DNA of 63,037 nucleotides, counting the filler. It is 5 parts of 5 records of this genome, joined end to end, with 100 filler letters (N's around TTAATTAATTAA, not from the genome) between each part and the next. Parts side by side here need not be neighbours in the genome. Positions count along the whole stretch, not along the records: positions 32,112 to 63,037 come from DRR723986_9216; 4 more parts are not named here. One strand, given 5' to 3'. Numbering within the stretch: the stretch's first letter is position 1; each line of letters opens with the position of its first letter. Below, one piece after another: positions 42,532 through 53,174 of the stretch. Below the pieces are notes generated by a model. That model had not been told where the DNA came from, did no database searches, and worked only from the letters and a program-made list of their open reading frames with translations. A program made the translations under genes and the position numbers.

Positions 42532-45500
42532 TTATAGTGTTTTCTTTTTCGCGAAGGCTTTTGCTAACGTTTGAGTGTGTACGGACCTCGAAGAAGCAGA
42601 GGTCGAAGAAATGCGTCGTGTTCCAAGAAGACTCAAAACATTAATTGTGTTTTTTCGACCTAAATTAAGCCAAATCTTAAAACCCCAAGTCCCATTTCGA
42701 GTTTTTTGTGTGACTTGAGCATAATCCATGTTTGTCCGAAGAGTGTTGAATGGGGTGCTTCCGACAAGCATTTTAAAAGAAGCAGCTTTCTTTGCACCAT
42801 AAGCACGGCCAGCGAACCTAAAAGCAACACCTCTGTGGTTGTTCTTTTTTTTTCGTATACCGTATGCGCCGCTGCCTTTTGAAGGACTTACGGCGTTAGG
42901 GAGAGAGGTTTCTTGCATTTTGGCATCGAAACGATCCTGGTCAAAGAACGGGGATAGAGGGCCGTTGGGTTTTTTTGTTCCGTCTCCGATTGCAAGATGC
43001 TGGTCTATGAAATAAGAACTCACAGACGTCGTCTCCGCAGCAGAAGAGGCGGAAGAAGTCGAAGCGACAAGTATTCTGGAAGCAATGTTTTTCAACTGTT
43101 GAAATTTATTCTTGGCGCCTCGATTCTTCTTTAAAAAGGCAATAACAAATTTAGATAGGTTTTGTACGAGAAAAGATGCATTATACGACTTTGAGTGGTG
43201 ATGTTTAATTATAATTCCAAATTGAGGCGATTCCGAAAAATCTTGAAATGCACGTGCGCTTTCTCGTGCGCGAGATCGAACAGAGTCCCCAGTGGCTTCT
43301 GCCGACAAAAAAAAATGCCGGCCATTTTCTTGAACTTGATGTTTTGAACTCTTACGGAACGGTACAGAAAGATGCAAACTTGAACGCGAAAGAACGTTTC
43401 GTGATGCTGTGGCGGTTCCGACTCCGCCTGGAGAGACAAACGGCAGTGACGACAAGGTGGGCCTAAGTTGCGCGCCACCTTCAAGAACAGAGTCTCCACG
43501 AAAAGCTAGAGGATATGTGCCTCAATTTAAACTCGGACATGGCGCGTAGATATTTTTGTTCATTGCCTGAACACCGTTTTTGCTTCGAGACCAACATCTC
43601 GTTCGTGGTTTTGGTGACGAAGAACTGCGTTCCGCGGTGGTTACGATGGTGCCTAAGGGCCGTACGGCACCGCCACCAAAATCCGTGGCAACATGGGCAG
43701 ATTTTGTCTTTGGTGCCAACACCTCCTGAGGTTGTTGTTTTGCTATTGGTTCAGACACAAAAAAAGCTGTCGTTAACGCTGAAGGCGAAGCATGTGCCGC
43801 AGCGTTGATGTTTGCTTTTCGAGATGCGTGGCAAAGCAGCGGTGTTGCCTCTTGCAACAAAAAGGGAATGTGCTGCTTTGGAGACTGCAAGCGCAAGATG
43901 TCTGCGAGTTCTCATTTTCTTCCGGGATCAGAATACGCTTTTGAGGTCATAGCTGGCTGCGTATTGATACCGCCGAAAATATGCAGTCGTAGGCGAATTC
44001 CGGCAAGGTGAAATCTTTCAGCACCGGCTTTGATCCTTTTTTTTTCAAGGTCTCCACACGACGACAACAAAGGTGTGGGTTTTGCTTCGACACCTTTGCC
44101 AAAAACCACAAGCATGCGCATTCGCGGACGTGGGCTTGAAGAACAACCACGCCCAAGAATTCTCTGCAACGTGTGGCGACTTGCTTTTCTCGGCTTGGTT
44201 ATGTATGCGGTGCGTTGTGTCTGCTTAGGAGAAAAAACAGTTGAAGAAAGTCGGATCAAGTGTTGGGTTGTGGTTTGACGTGGCAGAAGCTGACCAGGAG
44301 AGTTTGTTTCACTTCGCTGTTGGTTCGGAGAAGGTTCGTGTGTCTTAGCAAAGCGTTGTTGCAGAAGCATGGTACAAAAGGCAGCTCGATCCGGATGTTT
44401 TCGTCCTTTAGGAACACCCACACGTGTGTGTATGTCTATAGACAGTGTATTTCGAGATTTCTTAATAAAATATTGACGAGCTCCGCCAAGGCTCACAAGC
44501 TTCTTGCGTCGCCGGAGCCCTTGCGGGCTAGAGTGAAATCGATCGCGATTTCCTTTTGCTGTGTTTTTTTGAGATGCTGTTTTTGCAGCGCTTTCGGCGG
44601 TTTGGTGTGCAGAGATGTGCGTGTCCGAAGCATTCTTTTGGGTTCCCTTTGGTTCTGGATTTAGGCCTGCGGTTTTCGCGACGGCGAGTTTGTTATTTGA
44701 AACAACAAGACGGAAAAAGATTGGAGATGTTTTTCTTCCCAGAGACATTCGGGGACTTTTCCGAATGCTTTGAATAACGAAATTGCCGGAGAGCGTGTTG
44801 GCCCCAAAGATTTTGTCTGAATGAACGTCAGCGAAAACAAACGGATGTGGATAGATGGGGTCTGTGAGCAGACGTGGACCCTCGTCGTGATGATCCCAAT
44901 AGGTTCGGTTATAAGAACCTTCGGTGGGAGTGACGGTTTTGTTTATGGGGCTCACTGAATCATTTAAGGTGTCGAGCATAGCGGGCCGGTTCCACTCATA
45001 AAGATAATATAGGTACGTTAATAAATTAAGATTTTCTAACCCTTTTTGAAGAGGCACTCAAGATAAAACGTCGGGGCTGCTTGGTGTTGCTTTTTTTTTC
45101 GCTTCGCCCTTTTCTGCTGACACGGCGGGGGCGTAGTCGTTGTTGTTGGTGGCGGGGACGTTTTTGTAAACGTTAAGATTCCGCGAGAGTGCACAAAAAA
45201 TTTCAAGTGTATGTTGAACATAAAGGGTTTGGTGGAACAAGAACGTTGGAGTGTTAGGTTCAGACACTCCTTCGGCTTCGAGTTCAAGGTCCTGGAACAC
45301 ACCAGCAGCTCCGGCTTGCGCACTGGGCGCGTCGTCGAGATAAAGGGGGCGTTGTCTCGGGAAAAGTGTCCGTCCTGCAGGTGTTCTTACGAACGGAACA
45401 TTTTTTGCTTCGCCTTCGAGTGTGTGAGCATTTGTTGTACCACCAGCAGAAATGCCCTCTCCTGCGTCGACGACTCCGGGAAAAAAAGTCGGAGGTCGAA

Positions 45501-47598
45501 GAACAGAGGAGGTGTCTGGCTGATAGGTACGAGGTTTTGTGCCCGATATGGCGAACTCGGAGAATATTCCAAGCGTGCCCTCTTTTGCTTTGGGGTTTTT
45601 GACAAAACCACCAAAACAAATATCTTCCAATTTGCGTCATGTGACGCTTCGAGAATCCCAGCGTGATCCGTTAGCAGAAGACGGCACGGTGTTATGAGCC
45701 ATGATCCTTTTGTAAATACAAGCATACAGATCTAAAGGGTTATCAAGAACTAAGTTAGTGCCCTTATGTGACAAGCATAACAAATTCGCTTGAGCTATGG
45801 AATAACCCAAATCATTAACTCGTGGACCTTTATCAAACTTTGTATAAATCGCATTAGAAAGCGACTTGATTACTGTATTTAGAATAAAATGTTTGTATGC
45901 CTTGTTCCGCTTTTTTTTTGCATGTTTGTTCGTCATAGTCTTCTCGCACACTGAGGCGTAGCAATTTTTGCTTCGCCATTGCTCTTGTTCTCCCATTTTA
46001 AACAAAAAACGTCGTCATATGGCGAGGCTCAAAAGTTTTCTTCTTCAGCCTCAAAGAGGGAACCAACCTTTCGCGGCAAACGAGGATAACGCAGACGTTG
46101 GAACAATTCTGGGACTTTGTTTTTTGGGCTTTGTTTCAATTTCGCCGGAAGGCGCAAATCTGACGTGGCCATCAGCAATTGCGGTGCCTTCACGGCCTGC
46201 CAGAACCGGAAGAATATTTTCCATTCACGAGCTAGCAAGACCATCAAAGACAAGCTTTTGTGCGTACGTTAACGCGTCCCGTGATGAAGAAGGCAGGACC
46301 TGCGGGTTTTTTGCATTGCGCCCAGCATTTTGTGGTTGCGGATCTAGCAGAACAAGACGTCGCAGAAGCAGAGCCATCATCAGCGAAAAAGCTTTAGTTT
46401 TTGCATAGTATAAATTTTTCTTCGCAAGCGTCCGGTGAATACCCGATTTGTATTTAATTCAGTAGAGCTTGCTCAGAAAGTCTGTTACTTCTCTCATGTC
46501 AATTTCGGGGCTTCATAGCTTAAGTGTACGTGGAAGAGCTGGTGTTCGTTCTCACACACGTTCTTCTTTGTTGGCGCGCACAAGAAAAGGGTGGGCCTGC
46601 GGGTTTGTATCGCGCGTGCGTTTGCGATTGTGAAGGCGCATAAGCCGAAGCCTCATGCTCAGGGGCATCTCTAACAAAGATGCAGCGGGCGGGAATTGGG
46701 CCGCTTCGCGGCGCTGCTTGATTATTGGATGGGGCCCCATTGCTTTTTTCTTCGAGTTGACTAGACCAATTGTTGTAACACCACCGGCTGCGCTTTCAGC
46801 TTCTTCCACGAACGGATCAAAAGCTGGAAATGCGCCTGGCGTGTGTTTGAACTCGTGAAGGTATGTTTTGCGTTGTTTTCGCCGACAATAGTTGCGTCTT
46901 CGTGTGTGCATAAACGCAGCATGCTTTGTGCAAGAGTCAGCACCAGACGGTTGTGATACAACAAATGGAGCAGTTTTTCATGCAAACTCAAGAATCGTTT
47001 TGTTGATGCTGTTAACATTTTTTCTTAAAACATACAGTTTTTTCATAAGAAACAATATCAACTTAATGTCGAGTTGAAAAAATCCGTTGTGCTTGTGCTT
47101 GTTCTTCGCCGTCGGCTTGGTCTCGCTCTTGTTTTTTTTGCTGTCTCTTCGAGAACAAAGCAAATCGAAGGCGCAACAAAACGTGCTGGTTGTGTGGGTC
47201 GATCAACAAGCTCAATTTTCCGCTTGCCGAACGCGGGCCAAAATTGTTCGACCCTTTGTGGCTCCGGTTGCAGCTGCGGTGTCTGTTTTTGTTGTTGTCG
47301 CAGAACTTGTGGAGCTTAAGTTCGCAAAAGTTTCGGGCGGTTTATGTGCCAGAGTCGCTTTTGCGTTGTCTTCAAAGTCGGCGGATTGCTGTCCACCGTT
47401 GTGAGCCATCGTTGGTGCCCGGAGTTTTGTGTAAACAATGTCTAAATATGTACGTGCTAGCAGATCTTGGTGCAAATTTTGGAAATAATTGTTTGCACGT
47501 GCTCCGATAGCGCCAGAATTTTTATAAGGGTATCAATCAGACTGTCAAGATTGATTTAGTCCCAAACGAAGAAGAATTGGACTCGTTTTTTGTCCCAT
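42532..47598 (-). CDS. rps3: Giant ribosomal protein S3 (about 1688 aa)
   Basis: N-terminus MGQKTSPILLRLGLNQSWQSDWY; C-terminal domain RGV..RFAGR...GSTPFNTLRTNMDYA...TRNGTWGFKIWL; eight listed ORFs share one frame and the gaps, traced by hand, contain only TGA. Confidence 0.88.
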
Positions 47599-48001
47599 GT
47601 TGTGTTCTGTTTGTTTTTTGTGTGAACGTTGTGGATGGGCGGGATTATCTTAATTATAGTTCCAGTTGTGTCTGTGCTTGTGGTTGGTGTCAGCTGCCGG
47701 CTGCTTTTGCTCTATAGACGTCCTCCTCCTCCTAAAAAAAAAAAGCATTGCGGGGCCCCATCTTTGACACATACAAAGCATTTTCCCAAATCCGGGGTTG
47801 TAAGTTTGGAACACAGTTTTGATTTACGACGAATGGAGTTGAAAACCGTCGGATAAGTTGTTGATGCTCGCGAAAAAAAATGCATAGACCAAGTTTACTT
47901 CGCGGGTCGAGGGAGAGCGTTCGCCCGCAGGGTTTTTCAATTCAAAACAACCCTACGGGGGGTATGGCTGGCAAAAACAACAGGGCCTAAGGCGGCAGCC
48001 C

Positions 48002-48433
48002 TTATTCTCATTCTAAAGCTCCTTTTTTTCATTCGTAAATGAAGCCTACCGTCAAAATGACTAAAAAGACAAACATGGATCAAAATGCGTAGCAAGTGAG
48101 TCTACCCAATGTAATAGCTCACGGAAACAAAAAACTTACTTCTAGATCAAAGATTATGAATAAAATAGCTACAAGGTAAAATCGCACATCGAACTGATTT
48201 CTGGCGTCCTCGAAAGGATTAAATCCACATTCGTATGCGGAGATTTTCTCTTTATCAATTGATCGAGAAGAAAAGAAATAGGACAGACCGAAGATGAGAC
48301 AAGAAATCGCTGCACTAATTGCCAAAAAAATCAAGATTAAGGACCAATTTGTGAGCAAATGGTCCGAAGATAAAAGGTAAGTTTTACCGGATGGCAAGAG
48401 ATATTTTTGAATCGGGAAAGGATTCATCTGCAT
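48002..48433 (-). CDS. nad3: NADH dehydrogenase subunit 3 (start uncertain)
   Basis: [38 protein letters not shown]. Confidence 0.95.
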
Positions 48434-48668
48434 TACACGTGATCAGCGGGCACAAAAGCAAAAAAACGGGGAAACCTTCGAAGCGCGGCCTATGTTGTGT
48501 GCGTGCCTTGAGTTCTTCGAGCCGGAAACGGGCACATCTCGGAGACGCTCGCACAAGGGAGGGAACAAGGTTGTGACCACGCTGTACGCATTCCCCTTAC
48601 ACGAAGGGGCGGTTGGTACACCGGAGCGTCAACATCGAAGGTTCAACACATCCCACAAACGGAGGGGA

Positions 48669-48740
48669 TAACGGAAGACGGACTTGAACCGCCACATCTG
48701 GATCATGAGACCAGTAAGCTTACCTTTACTTCATTCCGTG
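48669..48740 (-). tRNA. trnM: tRNA-Met(CAU), probably initiator
   Basis: Anticodon loop CTCATGA, C1:U72 mismatch, A11-U24 pair, T-loop TTCAAGT. Confidence 0.85.
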
Positions 48741-48840
48741 ATCTGTGGTGCACCAAGTGTCTCACGGATGTTGTGAGGAACTTGCCTGAAAAGAGGAGGA
48801 TGTGTTTACACGAAGAGGCCAAAAATCTGTTGTGTCGAAA

Positions 48841-48913
48841 TATGCCCAACAAGACTCGAACTTGTGACCTATAGTTTAGAAGACTACTGCTCTACCTTCT
48901 GAGCTATGGGCAT
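48841..48913 (-). tRNA. trnR: tRNA-Arg(UCU)
   Basis: Acceptor ATGCCCA/TGGGCAT, anticodon loop CTTCTAA, T-loop TTCGAGT. Confidence 0.92.
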
Positions 48914-49114
48914 CTATTGTTGCACAAAAGATTTAAATGCCTGGTGGACATATTGCCCGCCAGCGCCTAATATGCGGGATCAAACGGAACACGCAACGAC
49001 TCCGCCGCAGGAAAAGGCGCAACACCAAATTGGTCGAGGTGTGTTGAATTTTTTTTTTTTTTTTTTTGCTTTGTCTTCGACAACAAAAAAAGTTCCAGGA
49101 CTTAGTACACAACA

Positions 49115-49507
49115 CTAAGCAAAAACTCATGCTGCGAAAATGACAAGAACAAACACAGCCATTCCCAAGAGAAAATACGCGCTTTTGTCGATTTTGTCCT
49201 TGGTTAGGTATTTTTCAGAGGAGAAATCTCACATTAAGTGCCGCATGCCTCCAGACATGTGTCAAAAGAAACTCTGGGCCAGCACGAAAAGAATACCTAT
49301 AAGAATTCATGCCAAATACGTATTTGAGTAATAGCCTATTAAGTATATCGGATAATATGTCACATGATAAATAAAAAACTTTAACGAAAAGATTAAAAAA
49401 AGTAGTCCTAAGGTAAGAATAATACCAGTGGCTCGGTGAAAAACAGAAAACGTGGAACTAATCTGTGGTTTATATATCGAAATATGCGGGGATAAGGGTC
49501 TATACAT
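49115..49507 (-). CDS. sdh3: Succinate dehydrogenase cytochrome b subunit (130 aa)
   Basis: RPLSPHISIYKPQ..S..S.FHR.TG and H..GGMRHLMWD with TGA=Trp. Confidence 0.93.
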
Positions 49508-49832
49508 GGATTCCTTTTCTGTTGTGGCCTGTCGCAGGGTCCTGCGAAGCGCGCGCAAAGGTGTGAACATCGAAAGTTCGTGGGAAGCTGCTTTTTTGCA
49601 GCGTCACGAAGGGAACGGTGGCGGAAAGACATAACTTGCAGACAGCTGGGATCTTTCATGTCTCGGTATATGCATCCCCTGAGGCTAATGCCTGCAACGA
49701 CGCCCGAGGAAAAAAATCGGAATGGCTGCGGAACTTTGTGCGAGCAAAATTGTCTGAACCCCGCGTTGAAGAAGGAGTCGCAGACGAAGAGGCTCACCGA
49801 AGGGTCTCGCCCAGAGATGAGACAAGCAAACA

Positions 49833-50630
49833 TTAAATGCTGTTACCTCACCAATAAATAGTTACGAATAAGAATAATCATACAACATCTACAAAATGTC
49901 AGTATCAGGCTGCAGCTTCAAACCCAAAATGATGTCTTTTTGTGAAATGATTTTTGATTAAACGGATCAAACAAACAGTTAAGAATATTGTTCCAATAAT
50001 CACGTGAAAGCCGTGAAACCCTGTTGCCATGAAAAACGTAGATCCATAGACACCGTCAGATATTGTGAATTCTGCTTCAATATATTCAAACGCTTGTAAT
50101 GCTGTGAACGCAGCAGCCAAGATTAATGTTAAGAAAAGGGCAATTTTTGCTGGTTCCTTACGCCCAACTAAAATCTCATGGTGAGCCCAAGTAACAGTTG
50201 CTCCAGACAACAATAAAATAAAAGTGTTAAGTAACGGTACGCCTCACGGGTTAAAAGGATTAATGCTTGTTGGTGGCCATACAGAACCTATTTCTATCGC
50301 CGGAGCCAAGCTTGAATGAAAAAACGCTCAAAAGAACGCGAAAAAAAACATAACTTCTGACACAATAAAAAGTAGCATTCCAGACCGTAACCCTAATTGT
50401 ACGGTTTTTGTATGATGTCCTTGAAAAGTTCCTTCACGTATAACGTCTCTTCATCAAATTCCCATTGAAGAGATTAGCATAAATAAACCAGAGAAAAGAA
50501 TTAAATCTCCGTTTTTAAATGAGTGCATATACATAGCGGCACCAACGGCTGTTGCTAAGGCACATGTTGCTGTAACTAAAGGTCAGGGGCTCTGGTCTAC
50601 TAAATGAAATGGATGTTTTTGAATATGCAT
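49833..50630 (-). CDS. cox3: Cytochrome c oxidase subunit 3 (265 aa)
   Basis: [37 protein letters not shown]. Confidence 0.96.
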
Positions 50631-50781
50631 GTGGGATTCAAAGATTGATGGCTGATAATACAAATTATAATATTTAAATGCTTCATTTTGCGGCGTATTG
50701 GCATAACATTGCGTCGCGCTTTGCGTCTCGCGCGGGAGAGCGGGATGCCGAAGGGCGCCACTACCACAGAACCCAAGCTTC

Positions 50782-51765
50782 TTATAAAGGCAAGATATTA
50801 AAATGTATCAAAAGACTTGCAGTTGTTATAAGGAATCCCAAGGACAGCGGTAAAAAAACTTTTCACCCCAAACGCATCAACTGATCATAACGATAACGCG
50901 GATACGCCACACGGACTCATATAAATAAAAATAACACAAAGACGGTCTTTAAACTAAATCACAAAAAGCCTGGTATAAAGGCGAGTGCACTTGAAAGCGG
51001 GAATCACCCGCCAAGAAAAAGAAGAGTTGTAAGACTGCACATGAAAATGATATTAGCACTCTCTCCGAGGAAAAATAGGGCAAAGCCCATAGCTGAATAT
51101 TCAACAAAATAACCAGCAACTAACTCGGCCTCCGCTTCTGGTAAGTCGAATGGATGACGATTCGTTTCCGCAAGAGCTGAAACAAAGAACATAATGAATA
51201 GAGGGAATAACGGGATACAATATCAAATGTTTTGCTGGGCTATAACAATTTCAGTTAGATTTAAGGAACCCGCGCAAAGGATCACGTTAATAAGAATAAA
51301 CCCAATGGACACTTCGTATGATACCATTTGCGCTGCAGAACGCAAAGCTCCTAAAAATGCATACTTGGAATTACTTGCTCACCCGGAAAGTAATATTCCA
51401 TACACACCTAAAGAAGATACCGCAAATATATATAAAATACTTATGTTGATATCTGCAAATACCATATTTGAGTCAAAGGGAATAACCGCCCACCCTAAAA
51501 GGCTAAGGATAAAAGTTATGATCGGAGCTGCGATGTATGTTGCCAAGTTAGCGCTGCTGGGTAAAACTGTTTCTTTCAAGAATAGTTTCAATCCATCCGC
51601 GAGCGGCTGTAGCAAACCAAAAAAACCCACAACATTTGGCCCGCGACGGCCTTGCATAGAACCAATCACCTTCCGCTCAAAGAGTGTAAAATACGCAACG
51701 GCGAGAAGTAGGGGAACAATAATAAGTAATATTTTTAATACACTTGCAATGATAATTGTTAACAT
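50782..51765 (-). CDS. nad1: NADH dehydrogenase subunit 1 (327 aa)
   Basis: ERKV...[37 protein letters not shown]. Confidence 0.96.
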
Positions 51766-52220
51766 TTTTCGGATTCTTCTTTTTCTCCACCGGATAGCTC
51801 GCACAAAAGGCGCCTAACGTTTAAGCGGTCGGTAACAGGTACGGCACAGGCAAGGTCCAAAACCTCGAAGCGTTGGGATGGTTTATGATTCGCCTGTAAC
51901 CAAGGAACCGCTGTTGTCGTCGCCTCCGAAGGATAGGAGTTGGTCGAAGACGAAGGCGGAGGCAAAAGCCGCTGGCTTCGACGACATTGCTTGTCCTGAC
52001 CCCGAAGGCAGGCATTTTCCGGAATTCCATCGAACTTGACTACCTGCAACTTGCGTCTCTTGCTCCGCCCTTCGGCTCGTTTTTGTTTTCGCCGGCTGGC
52101 CTGCAAACGTAAACCGGTCGTGCACACTAAGGGCGATGTTTCCGCGTTATCCTTTTGTTCAGGCCTGCTCTGTCTTTTTAAAGAAAAGACGCGGACTTGA
52201 AAGAAAACAAAGACTCTTGC

Positions 52221-52706
52221 TTACAAAATGTGGGCCGCGCCAGTGGCCAAGGTGCCATTGGCAGGGGGTTTATCAAGAGATGCGGCGGAGCTGTTGTACG
52301 TAATAAATTTGGTTCTCATCGGTAATTTTTTACTTGCCTTTTTTAAGAGTTCTTTCAATGCATCCGCCGGAATAGCACCCGCCACCTCAAACAGAATTTG
52401 CCCAGGTTTCACAGGGCAAACCCAAAATTGAACACTCCCCTTTCCTTTACCCATTCTTGTTTTTGTGGGTTTGCCACTTATAGGTTTGTAGGGGAATGTA
52501 CGTATAAAGACACGTCCAAATTTACGGGTGCGTCGAACAAGCACACGACGAAAAGCTTCCATCTGAGAAGCCTTCATGTTCATACCTTCAAGCGCTTTTA
52601 AACCATAGCAACCAAACGATAACCGGTGAGTTCTTGTTTGTAAGTTTTTTGTATCTCTACTTTTTCTTTGACTTTTTCTATACTTTGGATTTGCTGGTCG
52701 TTCCAT
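52221..52706 (-). CDS. rpl16: Ribosomal protein L16
   Basis: P...KYRK.Q, FG.YGLKALE, TRMGKGKG, VKPGQILFE, KLP. Confidence 0.93.
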   Translation of the reverse strand: MERPANPKYRKSQRKSRDTKNLQTRTHRLSFGCYGLKALEGMNMKASQMEAFRRVLVRRTRKFGRVFIRTFPYKPISGKPTKTRMGKGKGSVQFWVCPVKPGQILFEVAGAIPADALKELLKKASKKLPMRTKFITYNSSAASLDKPPANGTLATGAAHIL

Positions 52707-53106
52707 GTTGCTGTGAATTTCTGCGATCGGATTCCGTTTGGACTTGGTGGAGCTGTTTTTGTGAAACAAGACCTATGAAAATGCACGCCCGAAAGGTATC
52801 GCCGAGAAGCGTACCGTTGGGTTGTGTAGAGGATATCTTGCGACGATGCGCGTGAGCATCGTTGTGGTTACGACGATTTGCTGCGCACCTCCACGAACAA
52901 GTGGCTGCCTTCGAGCTGCTGGAGAGCCGTGCCTTGTCATCTTGTCGCGCGGGGCGTTTCCCAAGTGACACATGCACTCCGTTCCAGACACAGAACAAAG
53001 GGTCTGCAACAGCTGTGGTTCGCCAATCCGCAAAGCGAAAATCAAGGACGGCAAAAGATAATTTGTTTTGTTTTCTTTAAAAGGTATTCTTTGTGAGGAA
53101 GATGGG

Positions 53107-53166
53107 GCCCCGCTAACGTAAGAGCCCCTGCTGGTACAAATTGCAGCAGCGGGTGCTTACGGGGGC
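53107..53166. other. Long GC-rich stem-loop immediately 3' of rps4
   Basis: Nested pairings GCCCC/GGGGC, CGTAAG/CTTACG, GCCC/GGGT, CTGCTG/CAGCAG. Confidence 0.7.
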
Positions 53167-53174
53167 ACATTTGT

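Noticed and set aside
49833-50630. U-to-C RNA editing as the explanation for in-frame TGA
   Set aside because: Editing would give CGA (Arg), but the positions require Trp (SPWP, AWYWHF).
50764-50785. ACAGAACCCAAGCTT resembling the RNase P RNA 3' motif
   Set aside because: Opposite strand to all genes, abuts the nad1 stop, and no matching GGAAAGTC partner was found.
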